Position numbers and translations under genes: made by a program | The notes under the pieces: model-generated | The model's input: the letters and a program-made list of their open reading frames with translations, nothing else | The model's database searches: none | Told to the model about the DNA's origin: nothing | From: Phycisphaerae bacterium | Lineage (GTDB): Bacteria > Planctomycetota > Phycisphaerae > Sedimentisphaerales > Anaerobacaceae | Length of the DNA: 53,577 nt | NCBI GenBank assembly: GCA_011776225.1 | Contig: JAABXR010000066.1 | Coordinates: 1 to 53,577, forward strand | Direction: 5' to 3' | Shown here: positions 8,147 to 18,057 of the stretch, in pieces | Layout of the letters: every line of letters starts with the position of its first letter | Position numbering within the stretch: the stretch's first letter is position 1

Positions 8147-10219
8147 CTAATCTACAATTATTAAGTCATGGATTTCAAGATATGGCAGCGTGAATTCAAC
8201 CTTGCCATCGGCATACTCGTACGCAATTGCCCTTCCTGCCGGTTCGATAGTTACTTTTTGCGGCTTTTTATTGCTGCGAATTTTCACCCTCAGGGGGCCA
8301 ACCTGGGGAACGTCATCAAAGACGTAAATATTTTTATCCGCATGCGGGCCAGAAGTATTAACAAGATTTACCGCCAGCTTTCCCTCAATCCGATTCACCG
8401 TCACATCGATGTAATGCGAGCCAGCTATTTCTACAACCGGAGCGGGGAACAATTGACGAACAAGAGTATTCAAAAAATCCCTAAAAACAGCAGTTCCGGC
8501 GTTGTAGTATCGCCATCCAAAATCGAAATATGTGGCTGCGATTCTTCCTTTTCCGAATGTGGTAATGGACGCGGCGGGTTGAAAATCGTCATTAACTTCA
8601 TTTGCAGAAAAAAGTTTTCCAAACATTTTAGCTTTCGTGCCGGGCTTTGCTGATTGAACTAAGGCTCTGAAGCCGGCTAAGTGACCATTGCACTCAAGCC
8701 ATTGGCTCTTTTCCTCGGGCTTACCTTCAAAAGTTACGCCTAAGTGCTCTTTAAACAAAGCCGCAGCTTTTGGGCCTATTATCAGAAGATTGCCTCCTTT
8801 TTTCACATAGGCAATGAGTTCGCTTCTAAAATCCTCAGGCAGGTAATCCCACTCAGGCAGGATAATCAGGGGGTATTCGTGCATTCTACCAGCAAGGTGA
8901 TGTTCCATAAGCACCTCAACAGAATACTGTGAATTCAATAAACCGTTCAGAACTCCTTTGAAAGGAAGTGTTAAGTCTCCCCATGACCCGAAAAGCTTAG
9001 TACTGCCTCTATAAATGGCTTTGCCTGAGTAAATGAGGGCAATTTGCGGAACCGGTTCGGCACGGTGGCAATATTTCTGACGGGCCCGGCAAAACTTCGC
9101 CAGCTCGCTCATTATATTCACCTGCCAGTCGTAAATGGAACAATCTCTCTTCTGCTTAAAATAAGCCTGATAGCCTCCTCCCAAGGCCAAAACCACCGCT
9201 GCTTCCTGCTGCAATTGCAGTGCGGACTTAGTGCTGTGAGTGGCATCCGGCGTGCGATAGAAGCTCCACGACATAAGGTCCCAAGGCTTTCCCTGGCCCC
9301 TTAGGCAGCGTGCTTCAAACCGAGCGGAATTGATGCCGTCGTTTGGGCTGAAGTCGCCCGAGAGAAAATCAACATCAACCGTCACAGGTTCGGGCATAAA
9401 AGAGCTGTATGCCCAGTTGCTGCAAATCTGAAATTCCAGGTCGTGCTTGTGCAGTTCAGTTACATAATGCTTGAAGTAACGGCGAAAACCCTGGCGACAT
9501 AACTCCGTGAATTGAGAATAACGGGGATCTGTGGCTTTTCGAGGTAGCTCTTTGATGCCTATTTTCTTTTGAAACGCCTGGCTTGTAGCTTTCGAATAGT
9601 CGTGCGCTACGGCCCAACATTCGCCGTCAACCCATACTCCATCAACATCATAATTGTCACGGAGCTCTTTTAGTTGTGGAATCAGCAATTTGTCAACATA
9701 AGGAGCAAAAACCGAAGTAAGTCTCCAATCCACGTTTCCATTCTCGTCAACACGTGCCCACTCGGGATTATGCTTCACGGCGGCACTATCCCAGACGCCT
9801 GAGTAGTGCATATACAAAGCAACACCTCTCCGAGCTGTGACATCCCGCCATATTCTTAAGGGGTCCCTGACAAATCCTGGTGCCGGGTTGCCCACTTTCG
9901 TTGGATAGCTTGATATGCCCGGGTGGCCTTTACAATCGCACTGGATGTAATCAGGTTTGACTTTCTCGATGATATTTTCGACCATTTTTCGGGTTACATT
10001 CTCGCCTATGCGATCATCTGTATCTCTTGCATGCAGGTCAAAATGCAAACCAAAGAAGCTCTCTGAGCGTCTGAGTCGCTTAGGAATCTTGTTTGGTACA
10101 GACACCCTCCTGACACGCAATGGCCCATTCGAGGCAAGACTGAGCGTTTGATGAGCCAAGGTTAGCCATAGGCACATCAAGACCACCGCCGCCAAGTTAA
10201 TCCACTTTCTCATAAGCAT
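8147..10219 (-). CDS. secreted putative glycoside hydrolase (GHL6/GH29-like TIM barrel plus GATase1-like beta-galactosidase middle-domain-like region)
   Basis: The ORF track gives 8147..10294. I prefer the ATG at 10219 (MLMRKWINLAAVVLMCLWLTLA is signal-like). Supporting motifs are FFGLHFDLHA, DYIQCDCKGHPG, DVDGVWVDGECW and later LIILPEWDYLPEDF...KKGGNLLIIG. The family call is from memory and the start is uncertain. Confidence 0.5.
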   Translation of the reverse strand: MLMRKWINLAAVVLMCLWLTLAHQTLSLASNGPLRVRRVSVPNKIPKRLRRSESFFGLHFDLHARDTDDRIGENVTRKMVENIIEKVKPDYIQCDCKGHPGISSYPTKVGNPAPGFVRDPLRIWRDVTARRGVALYMHYSGVWDSAAVKHNPEWARVDENGNVDWRLTSVFAPYVDKLLIPQLKELRDNYDVDGVWVDGECWAVAHDYSKATSQAFQKKIGIKELPRKATDPRYSQFTELCRQGFRRYFKHYVTELHKHDLEFQICSNWAYSSFMPEPVTVDVDFLSGDFSPNDGINSARFEARCLRGQGKPWDLMSWSFYRTPDATHSTKSALQLQQEAAVVLALGGGYQAYFKQKRDCSIYDWQVNIMSELAKFCRARQKYCHRAEPVPQIALIYSGKAIYRGSTKLFGSWGDLTLPFKGVLNGLLNSQYSVEVLMEHHLAGRMHEYPLIILPEWDYLPEDFRSELIAYVKKGGNLLIIGPKAAALFKEHLGVTFEGKPEEKSQWLECNGHLAGFRALVQSAKPGTKAKMFGKLFSANEVNDDFQPAASITTFGKGRIAATYFDFGWRYYNAGTAVFRDFLNTLVRQLFPAPVVEIAGSHYIDVTVNRIEGKLAVNLVNTSGPHADKNIYVFDDVPQVGPLRVKIRSNKKPQKVTIEPAGRAIAYEYADGKVEFTLPYLEIHDLIIVD

Positions 10220-13200
10220 GGGGAAACCGTTTCTTACTTTTGACATCCACAATTTGACATGGCGAATTCTTCGAAGTTGAATGGTTCCTTGCATCGTTGC
10301 TCAGCCGGCGACCATACTTTTCTTTCAACATCCCTTTTTTCTGATAGCACTGCTCGGTGAAGACTGCTATCTCTGCATCCAGGTTCGGATTGGGCGAATC
10401 ACCAAAGAAAGCGTGGATAATCGGAAACACCAAGTCTGATTTGCTTTTTCTCAGTTCTTTCGCCATTGCCTCTATTTTGGCCGTTGCAACTCCCTCTTGC
10501 ATGCATGTGAAGGGCCCGACGTGAAATATCCCCGAAATGTAAGCATCGCCCTTAGGCTTTATCAAGTCGTTCATAAAGTAATAGGTAATTCCTGTGCTTA
10601 ATGGGGATTCGCCTTCAATATTGCCGTGGAACTTGTGGTTCTTTTCCAAAGTTTCGATGATCTCCATGGGCTCAGGAAGGCAGTGCCTGCCCTTGAGAAC
10701 TTCATGAAACGGCTGAGCAATTTTGTCAGCTATGCGTGACATGTACGTTCCTTTTAGGAACGAATTGTAGAGTTTTCTGGTTTCGTTCCAAGCCACGGAC
10801 AAATCCCAGCTTTTAACAGCCAGCTTTATATCTCTTCTCGAGTTTCTTCGGTTCATCTGATTTACGTACAGCAGCCAATCGGTGATAGGATCCCTAACCA
10901 TTTCCAGTTGTTTTTCCTCCAATTTCCGAATAACGAAATTAGTATAAGGATCGTGCTGCCTCATATATATCTCGCCAATGTAAAGAACAAGTGGGAATCT
11001 GTCCTGATATCGTAGTTTTGTCTGTTTAAATCGTGATATAGTCTGTTTGCCCCACTCTATCAGATCCGCGGTGACCGCCCCATTTTCAACAACTTCACCT
11101 AATACGTGGAGCCTTTTTTCTTTTAAGTCATTAATTTCCTGTTTATCTTCAGCATAGGGCCGATATCTCAGGGTTATATCTTCCAACAGATCTGAGGCGT
11201 TAATCCCCTTGAAAAGAACCTGCTGAACCTTGAGTTTGTTCGATGCTCCCGCCTTATCGGTTACGGGTATATCGAAATAGTCGTTTTCTGAGGAAGGTCC
11301 CGCAATCGGGATTTTCTGCAGACCTTCGCGGTCCATAAATATTCGCAGTGATTCCACATATTTTCCAAATCTGCAGGGGCCGCTCGTCGTAGGCAGCATA
11401 ACGAGGTAGTTATCTTCTACGTATTTCCTGCCTTTCTTTTCAATCTGCTCACTCAAAAAGCCAAGGGCATCTCCAACAACGCCTTTCAGGGGATGGCATA
11501 CTTCGGTGTGGATATGTTTTCTGGCTATTTCATATCCTCTCTGTGTATTCGTTGGTAAGACTTTGCCATCGATTCCAAAGTGCCTGAGTGCTGAGACCGC
11601 AACGTGGGCGGCGTCCCCCATGTAAGGTATAAGCCAGATTCTCTGGTCATTATTGTCCGTGGAATATTTACCTGGCCTTAAACTCTCTATTCTTACTTTT
11701 TCTGCTTTCGTTTGGTTTACAACTCTTTCGTGGGCTTCGGTTCTTGTTATGAAGGGCGCATTATTGGTCTGGGCATCAGTTAGTAACGTAAGTAAGGGTT
11801 TTCCCGCAGTATCCTGAATCTGTTCTTCCTGGTAGACTTTTAAACTATCAGGCCCACAGGCAAAATTCATCATCCTTATAGGGAACAGATTTGGATGGCC
11901 AGCGACATATAAGTTAGCCTTCAGAATCTTGACGCTCTGCACCCAGAATTCGTTTTCAGCCACACAATCAATAGGGATATGTTCAAATCTATGTTCCAAG
12001 AAAATCTGTGGAATATAGTGCAATCCCCTAACTTGTGAAAACATGACGCCCGAGTTCGAGCTTGCTTCCGGGTCTAACAAAACATAGTCGCGCCCGATAC
12101 CCACATAGGCCTTTTCATTACCTTCTTCAATTCTTTTAAGAAACTTATCGCCTTCTCGATATAGCTGGCTTTTGAATTCCTCCTCCGCTTTGTCTGCATA
12201 TCTCAGTGCATCTCTAATCTCTCTATCCGAGAATCTGAGTTTTAGTCGCTTAAACTCTTCACGAAGAGAATGAACAAGGAGATTTTCGTCCCCAAAATGC
12301 AAAATAGGATTGATTTGTTTATCTTCGTCGAGAGAAAGAACATCATTTAAGATATAACCTTCCGATTCCGTATAAATACAATACTTCAAATCAGGAGGGT
12401 GATCCATTCTAAGCTCAATGAAACTCGGATTAAACAAGTAGTCTATCTTCGAGTTTTCATTTAATATCGCCACATGTCCCGTGACCAACTTTCTTGCTAT
12501 ACAAAAGTCTGTTCTTGAGTTGTCAACGCCTATTTTTGCTATCTCTTTGTTGCTTTTAGGTGATACTACAGGATGAAAACCGAGCTTTTTGAATAACGCG
12601 GCACTCCAAATGCCTTTCTCACCGAGCGTCGCAGTGCTTCTTTTAATGCCCACAGTTTTTATTATTTTTTTGCCTGTTTCCACAGAAAAGTTTTCCTCTA
12701 ACAAGCTCCCCTGTCTTTTGAAATGTTTCTCATATATTCTGTGATACTTTTCCACATAGTTTGTTTTTGGTTTACCTGCCGATTCAGAATCTCCTTTGGG
12801 ACAGAATCCGCCCGTGATGATTCTGTCGTCCTCGATGGAAAAAATCTCCAGTTGACAGTCCCTAACGCCGCAAGATTTTTCTTCAAACAGCTCTCGACAG
12901 GAAATTTTCTCTTTCTCAAAAGACATGTCCACTAAGCCCCAACCTCTGAAGGCAGACTCACACTTCTTCTTTTGTTTCTCCACTTGTTTTATATTCTCAA
13001 TGATATCCAATGCCTGGCCCCACGCTCCGAACATTTCTCTGTGAGGAAAAGCCTCAATTTGTTTCTCCGTTACTTGCGCAAGCGCAGCAAGAAAAGCCTT
13101 TCCTAAGGGCGGTCCGCCCTGAGCAGAGCATTTCTTCCCGACATGCTGCGAGCCGCCTACAAATTTATAATAATAGCTCTCCGCCGTTCCTCTTATTATC

Positions 13201-14891
13201 GCAGCAGCAATTTCCTCTTTACTGAAACCTTCAGCGATCAACCTGTTTTCATCCATTTCCATGAAAACGCCGCACGTTGCATCAATTACCGGTATCCGCT
13301 CAGCCTTTAAGGCATACTCCTGTAAAGAATTTTCTACATTCAAGTCTATAATATCAGCCATGTTTTCCAATGTCTGGCCAGAACCAGCCTGACAACTATA
13401 ATTCATCTTCGCCTCTTTAACCACGCCGTTGGAAGATGCGGTGAATTTCATATCCTGGCCGCCTATTTCAAAAATAGTATCTATCTCAGAATCATAGTGT
13501 TTAACGCCAAGAGCATGACATGTAATTTCATCAGTTATTCTATCTGCAAGTTCCATCCCTTTCCTAGTTATCTCTTCAGATTTTTTCTTGCTAATTAAAA
13601 TCTTCTGATACAGCTTCCTCGCAGAACCAGTAGCGCCAACTCCCCTAACAATCACGTTTTCCTTGTGTCTGCTTAAGTATTTAATAACGCGTTTTAACGA
13701 CTCTTCCGGATTGCCATGAGTTTTGATGTAGATTTTGTCATGAAGTTGACCCTTTAAATCGACTAAAGCCCCCTTTGTTGTAGTGCTTCCACCGTCTATT
13801 CCCAGTACTACTTCCGTTCCCTTTTCTATCTCTTCCGCTACATCTCTCGATTGATGGTTTACCTTATTAAGACAATCAGATAGAGGTAAGGCAAATTGTC
13901 TTTTTCCCCGACTATGCTCGGCAACTTTTCCAAGCTCCTCGAGATCAAAAGTAAAACTGTCGTTTTCTTCCATTCCCTTCAGCGCTGCCCCTATTGCGGC
14001 GATATTATGATAATGCTGGGGCCGATTTATAGCAATACCAAGTGATTCCTCCAAGTTTCTTCTGATAAGATCGTTGCTGAAAACACATCCAGTGGCTATC
14101 GCGGTTTTAGATTTATGATGACGAAAATCTCTTGTTCCAAGGACGTCGATTTTGTAATTCCTTGCCACTGTTTTGAAAAGCCCCGCCAAATTATCCTCTC
14201 TTTTTGCACCTTCGTTCTGCTTGTGAATTAAATCAGACTGAATAACAACACCGCACCTGGCCAAGAACTCGCTCGGTTCTCTTGAGCTTTCGGCCTCTTT
14301 CTCCGCGGCAGAGAAGATTTTTTCCAGCCTCTCCTGTATTTTATGTCTATTTTTTATTTTGGGATTTTGCCCTTCGACCTGATCCTTTACTACATGGATT
14401 ACTTCAGGTTCGGGGCTTGGAATTTCTCCTTCAAACAACCTTCTGCATTGTTTCTCTATTAATATCCCGGAGCCACCTCCACATTTAGTTCCAGTTCTCC
14501 ATTCCTGAATAACCTTTTTGTGGTTTATCTTCTTCACATTAAAAAAGTATGCGTCTTTTGCGCCTATGTGGAATATAAATTGTGCCTCCGGGCTAACTAA
14601 TCCTGCTCCTTTCGGAACAGTCACACTATCATATTCATAAGGCAGATCCTTCATAACGCCTGGGAAAGACTTAGCATTACTGCCGGTAAACGATATGTTT
14701 TTTATCCCGTCTTCGCTGAATCTCTGCGTTATGTCCGCCCATGCCTCTTTTATTGCTCCAATTGGATCGGCAAAGTGCATTATCGGTTTGGGCGAGTATT
14801 TTATTTTCTTGTCTTCACCAATAACCACATAATGTACAGAACTGCTGCCAACATCAAGGCCGACAAAGAGCTTCGCAGTCGATTCTTTCAT
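10197..14891 (-). CDS. giant fused acyl-CoA-dehydratase-activase-related protein (2x BcrAD/BadFG ATPase + DUF2229/HgdB-like domains)
   Basis: 1564 aa with two actin-fold ATPase starts (VGLDVGSSSVHYVV; LGIDGGSTTTKGALVD). Each is followed by a cluster-helix type motif (GTKCGGGSGILIEKQC; NYSCQAGSGQTLENMA). The C-terminal half has MNFACGPDS and HVGPFTCMQEG blocks typical of DUF2229-type domains. A GGAG SD precedes the ATG at 14891. Confidence 0.75.
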   Translation of the reverse strand: MKESTAKLFVGLDVGSSSVHYVVIGEDKKIKYSPKPIMHFADPIGAIKEAWADITQRFSEDGIKNISFTGSNAKSFPGVMKDLPYEYDSVTVPKGAGLVSPEAQFIFHIGAKDAYFFNVKKINHKKVIQEWRTGTKCGGGSGILIEKQCRRLFEGEIPSPEPEVIHVVKDQVEGQNPKIKNRHKIQERLEKIFSAAEKEAESSREPSEFLARCGVVIQSDLIHKQNEGAKREDNLAGLFKTVARNYKIDVLGTRDFRHHKSKTAIATGCVFSNDLIRRNLEESLGIAINRPQHYHNIAAIGAALKGMEENDSFTFDLEELGKVAEHSRGKRQFALPLSDCLNKVNHQSRDVAEEIEKGTEVVLGIDGGSTTTKGALVDLKGQLHDKIYIKTHGNPEESLKRVIKYLSRHKENVIVRGVGATGSARKLYQKILISKKKSEEITRKGMELADRITDEITCHALGVKHYDSEIDTIFEIGGQDMKFTASSNGVVKEAKMNYSCQAGSGQTLENMADIIDLNVENSLQEYALKAERIPVIDATCGVFMEMDENRLIAEGFSKEEIAAAIIRGTAESYYYKFVGGSQHVGKKCSAQGGPPLGKAFLAALAQVTEKQIEAFPHREMFGAWGQALDIIENIKQVEKQKKKCESAFRGWGLVDMSFEKEKISCRELFEEKSCGVRDCQLEIFSIEDDRIITGGFCPKGDSESAGKPKTNYVEKYHRIYEKHFKRQGSLLEENFSVETGKKIIKTVGIKRSTATLGEKGIWSAALFKKLGFHPVVSPKSNKEIAKIGVDNSRTDFCIARKLVTGHVAILNENSKIDYLFNPSFIELRMDHPPDLKYCIYTESEGYILNDVLSLDEDKQINPILHFGDENLLVHSLREEFKRLKLRFSDREIRDALRYADKAEEEFKSQLYREGDKFLKRIEEGNEKAYVGIGRDYVLLDPEASSNSGVMFSQVRGLHYIPQIFLEHRFEHIPIDCVAENEFWVQSVKILKANLYVAGHPNLFPIRMMNFACGPDSLKVYQEEQIQDTAGKPLLTLLTDAQTNNAPFITRTEAHERVVNQTKAEKVRIESLRPGKYSTDNNDQRIWLIPYMGDAAHVAVSALRHFGIDGKVLPTNTQRGYEIARKHIHTEVCHPLKGVVGDALGFLSEQIEKKGRKYVEDNYLVMLPTTSGPCRFGKYVESLRIFMDREGLQKIPIAGPSSENDYFDIPVTDKAGASNKLKVQQVLFKGINASDLLEDITLRYRPYAEDKQEINDLKEKRLHVLGEVVENGAVTADLIEWGKQTISRFKQTKLRYQDRFPLVLYIGEIYMRQHDPYTNFVIRKLEEKQLEMVRDPITDWLLYVNQMNRRNSRRDIKLAVKSWDLSVAWNETRKLYNSFLKGTYMSRIADKIAQPFHEVLKGRHCLPEPMEIIETLEKNHKFHGNIEGESPLSTGITYYFMNDLIKPKGDAYISGIFHVGPFTCMQEGVATAKIEAMAKELRKSKSDLVFPIIHAFFGDSPNPNLDAEIAVFTEQCYQKKGMLKEKYGRRLSNDARNHSTSKNSPCQIVDVKSKKRFPHAYEKVD

Positions 14892-15643
14892 TCTTTATAT
14901 CTCCACTTTTTTACCTGACGTCCTTTTTTCCATCAAAAGCCTGCGTTTCCACCGCGCCGATTCTTAGTACTATCGGTTCAGCTGTTTCACGCCTACAACT
15001 ACCTACCCGTAAAGGCCCGCGCGATGCCTACAAGGCAAATAATCTATGCGGTATTATCAACTAATACAACACTGACGAACCCAGCGGTACCTTTCAATAA
15101 CTGCCCACCTACCTAATATCACCTTCCTGTAGACGACCATAATTGTAGACAGCTTACCCATTAATACAGGAAAATCAAGAACTAAATCCTCATTGTTTTG
15201 TTCGCCCGTGTGACAACTCCGTGAACAAACATGTTGTTTTCCTCAACATCCGAATACAGAACCGTCACATTGTTTTACCAATCTATTCCGACCGACGGCA
15301 CTTAAAACTATCCAACCAATTTACCACGTGGAAATACAATTCTGTGTTTCTCCTAACTCATTACTGTATAATCCCTTAGGGTCTGCTCCACAAGTAATGT
15401 AACAATTTAACCACGGTTAATAATACTGATAATAGTTCCTCTTTATCACCTAAGTATTAGTTCACACAAAAAAAGTTCAAGTTTCGGATATCCGATACGC
15501 ATGATTAAGCAGAAACAGCCGATTAAGCATACCATTTTAGTCCATGGACACAAAGAAATCGCGTAGAATTTGTCGTAGAAAAAATATTGCATTTAGCTTC
15601 TGGCGGGCTATACTTAATCTATGAAAGGAATGTTTGAGTAAAG

Positions 15644-16603
15644 ATGCCAGAAAGGATTCCTCAAATAGTTGTGGTTGGTGGCACGTATGTCGATATGGCA
15701 ATAAAATGCCACCAAGTCCCGGCACCAGGACGAAGCGTCGACGGCTCTGCCCTCTCATATACGACGACCGGCCCAGGGCCCAACCAAGCCATGGAAGCGG
15801 CCTTGTGCGGTTGTGCGGTCTACCTAATCAGCAAGGTCGGCGGTGATGCTTTTGCCCAGATGGCCAAAGAGACTCTGACAGAGTTTAATGTCAATACCAA
15901 CTACGTTTATAGTGCTGAAGCCAAGAACACGGGCATCATTGTAACGCTGGTAAATTCCGAAGGAGAGAACGCCAGTTGTGTGTACACAGGTGCTAACAGT
16001 GCCTTACGTTCAAAGGAAATCGACGAAGCTGAAAAGATTATTTCAGAGGCCGATGTTTGTTTAGTTCATGGCAGGTTACCTCATAGAGCGATTGTGACGG
16101 CGATTCGCTGTGCCAAGCTGCACAACACGAAGATAATTCTCAATCCTGCGAGGCCCATTGAGCAAACGAACCAGACAAGCGGTGACTTGCCGATTGACTA
16201 TTTCTCAGCCGATATCCTTATCCCAAATCTTTACGAGGCAGCTGATATCACCGATCAATCCGATGCCGGTATCCGAACAGCCAAGCTGATTGGCAGCGAT
16301 TTAGTTGCCCGTGGGGTCAAGTATGCTGTCATCACCATGGGTAAGCGCGGCTGTATGGTTGTCGATAGGAGTAGCGCTGACCACATACCGGCTTTTGAGG
16401 TGGAGCTTGTTGATCAGACATGCAGAGGGGACGCTTTTGCCGGGGCGTTGGCTGCTTATTGTGCCGTCAAGGACGATGTGAGAGGAGCGGTTAAATTCGC
16501 TTCTGCGGCGGGCGCTTTGGCCTGTACGAAATTCGGCTCGATAGAAACTCTGCCTACGAGAGCTGAGATTATTGAACTCCTGCAGAGAGAAGAAATTGGC
16601 TGA
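15644..16603 (+). CDS. PfkB-family carbohydrate kinase (ribokinase-like)
   Basis: 319 aa: VVVGGTYVDM..., NQA, NPAR, ITMGKRGC, and VDQTCRGDAFAGALA (a variant of the DTxGAGD anion-hole motif). Confidence 0.8.
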   Translation: MPERIPQIVVVGGTYVDMAIKCHQVPAPGRSVDGSALSYTTTGPGPNQAMEAALCGCAVYLISKVGGDAFAQMAKETLTEFNVNTNYVYSAEAKNTGIIVTLVNSEGENASCVYTGANSALRSKEIDEAEKIISEADVCLVHGRLPHRAIVTAIRCAKLHNTKIILNPARPIEQTNQTSGDLPIDYFSADILIPNLYEAADITDQSDAGIRTAKLIGSDLVARGVKYAVITMGKRGCMVVDRSSADHIPAFEVELVDQTCRGDAFAGALAAYCAVKDDVRGAVKFASAAGALACTKFGSIETLPTRAEIIELLQREEIG

Positions 16604-16641
16604 TTATGTTTAACTTGCCAAGTTAGACAAAGTGGGATTAG

Positions 16642-17592
16642 CTATTCACCTTTTATGAGCAGATATTGCAGATTTTGCGAGATAGTCAGCTCGTGAACAC
16701 CATTTTTAATGACAGAAGACGCCCTTTTTTCTTCATTACCCAGAAAGTGGATGATCCTGAGTTGACCTGCTTCAAATGATAAAGCTATCTTATGTTCTTT
16801 ACCTGTTGTCCAAATTGCTATCGCCTTAGCTTTTTCTTTAGTCAGCTTGAAAGCGAAGTCTTCTTCGTTGCCCAAGTCGAGTCTTTTGTCAATAAAGAAT
16901 CCATTCAGGGCGGAGGATAAAGTCTCTGTTGCAATGTAGGCAGGCTTGGGTTTTGGATCGTGCATTACGGTTCCAAAACGGTGCTCTCTTTCGCTTGGAT
17001 TTGTGCCGTCGGTTTTCCAGTCATAACAGAAGCTGACGGGGATTTTCTGGTATGAATTGACTAAAAACTACCTAGCAAGGTATTGAGCCTGCTGCTCGTT
17101 GGAAAGGCGGGTCTTTATCCCAATTGATGTTTAAGTAACCCCATTCGCCGGAGATTATTGGGATATGTTTGCGATCGGGTGTGTAGAGTTTCATTAGCTT
17201 GCGGAGTCGGCGAAGGCGGCGAACGCCCTACATTCCTGCTGAGTACGGACGGACCTGTCTGACTCATAAAGTCGATTGCTATAATCGAGATATACAGGAT
17301 GCGTACACCTTGTTTTGAGCATCCTTATTGTCAGGTCGTAATAACCGGCTTTCTCAAAATCGTAAACCCCTTTTTCTCTCTCCACAGATTCCCATGTCTG
17401 GTCCATTTTGATGAACTTAAATCCTGTATCAGCGATTGAAACCAGGTCCCGCGGTTGGCCTCTGCAATGTGTGTTGACACCGAAGCTGTTCGACACGGCG
17501 AGTGTGGGAAGTTTAGCATCTGCCGTGCAGGTGTACACCGTCACCCCTAACATTATATAGATGGCGATGTGTGCATAATAGCGCTTAATCAT
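16642..17592 (-). pseudogene. decayed clan GH-A-type glycoside hydrolase (frameshifted and shortened)
   Basis: Three minus-strand frame segments are present. (a) 17592-17194: signal peptide + FGVNTH...MDQTWESVEREKGVYDF...LDYSNRLYE, ending at TAA. (b) ~17192-17073 in a shifted frame: KLYTPDRKHIPIISGEWGYLNINWD (nucleophile-Glu-like SGEWGY), ending at TAG. (c) ~17040-16642: FCYDWKTDG...EHRFGTV...KPKPAY plus a beta-sandwich-like tail. The total is far shorter than an intact enzyme. Confidence 0.5.
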
Positions 17593-17870
17593 TAGTTCAA
17601 ATCCCCTTTATTGCTCAGATTTTATGTTTTTTATACTTGTCGAGACTATTTGTGCGGAAAAAATTATTCGAATCATCTTCGTTGAATAAAATAGGCAGCC
17701 AGCACTATCGAGGGCAATCAGTTTAGGAGTATATTTAACCTCTGTTTATAGTATTTAACATCAATCCCATTATGTAAGGGAGACGCCCGAGTTTTGATCA
17801 AAAGCAGATATAGGATCCTTGAGAGAGTCATTTTGCGTGTTAAAATGGGTAAGAATTTTGCAAAAAATCA

Positions 17871-17885
17871 ATCAAAGGCGCACAT
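17871..17885. repeat. copy 1 of a 15-nt direct repeat ATCAAA(G/A)GCGCACAT upstream of the portal gene
   Basis: atcaaaggcgcacat matches 17984-17998 at 14 of 15 positions. Confidence 0.4.
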
Positions 17886-17983
17886 ACCTAAAGGGAAAAA
17901 CGGGAAAAAATAAAAAAATTTTTACTCCTTATTCCACATAGGTTTAGAAAGAACCGGCTATCAAAAAACACTCCAATTTTCGT

Positions 17984-17998
17984 ATCAAAAGCGCACAT
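17984..17998. repeat. copy 2 of the 15-nt direct repeat, 60 nt upstream of the portal ATG
   Basis: atcaaaagcgcacat. It overlaps a small palindrome GCACATTCGTGC (17992-18003). Confidence 0.4.
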
Positions 17999-18057
17999 TC
18001 GTGCATTTATAGAGAGACGTTGCTTTTTGGCAAGTTGTGAATTGATGGGATTTAGTT

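Noticed and set aside
15537-15758. A 73-aa minus-strand ORF overlaps the start of the PfkB kinase gene.
   Set aside because: It is Arg/Leu-rich with no recognisable family, and it is antisense to a well-supported gene. This is a typical shadow ORF.
17845-17913. A 22-codon, very basic ORF (MGKNFAKNQSKAHIPKGKNGKK) lies in the leader of the portal gene.
   Set aside because: It has no Shine-Dalgarno and its A-rich sequence yields Lys/Asn codons by composition. It overlaps repeat box 1 and there is no supporting evidence.
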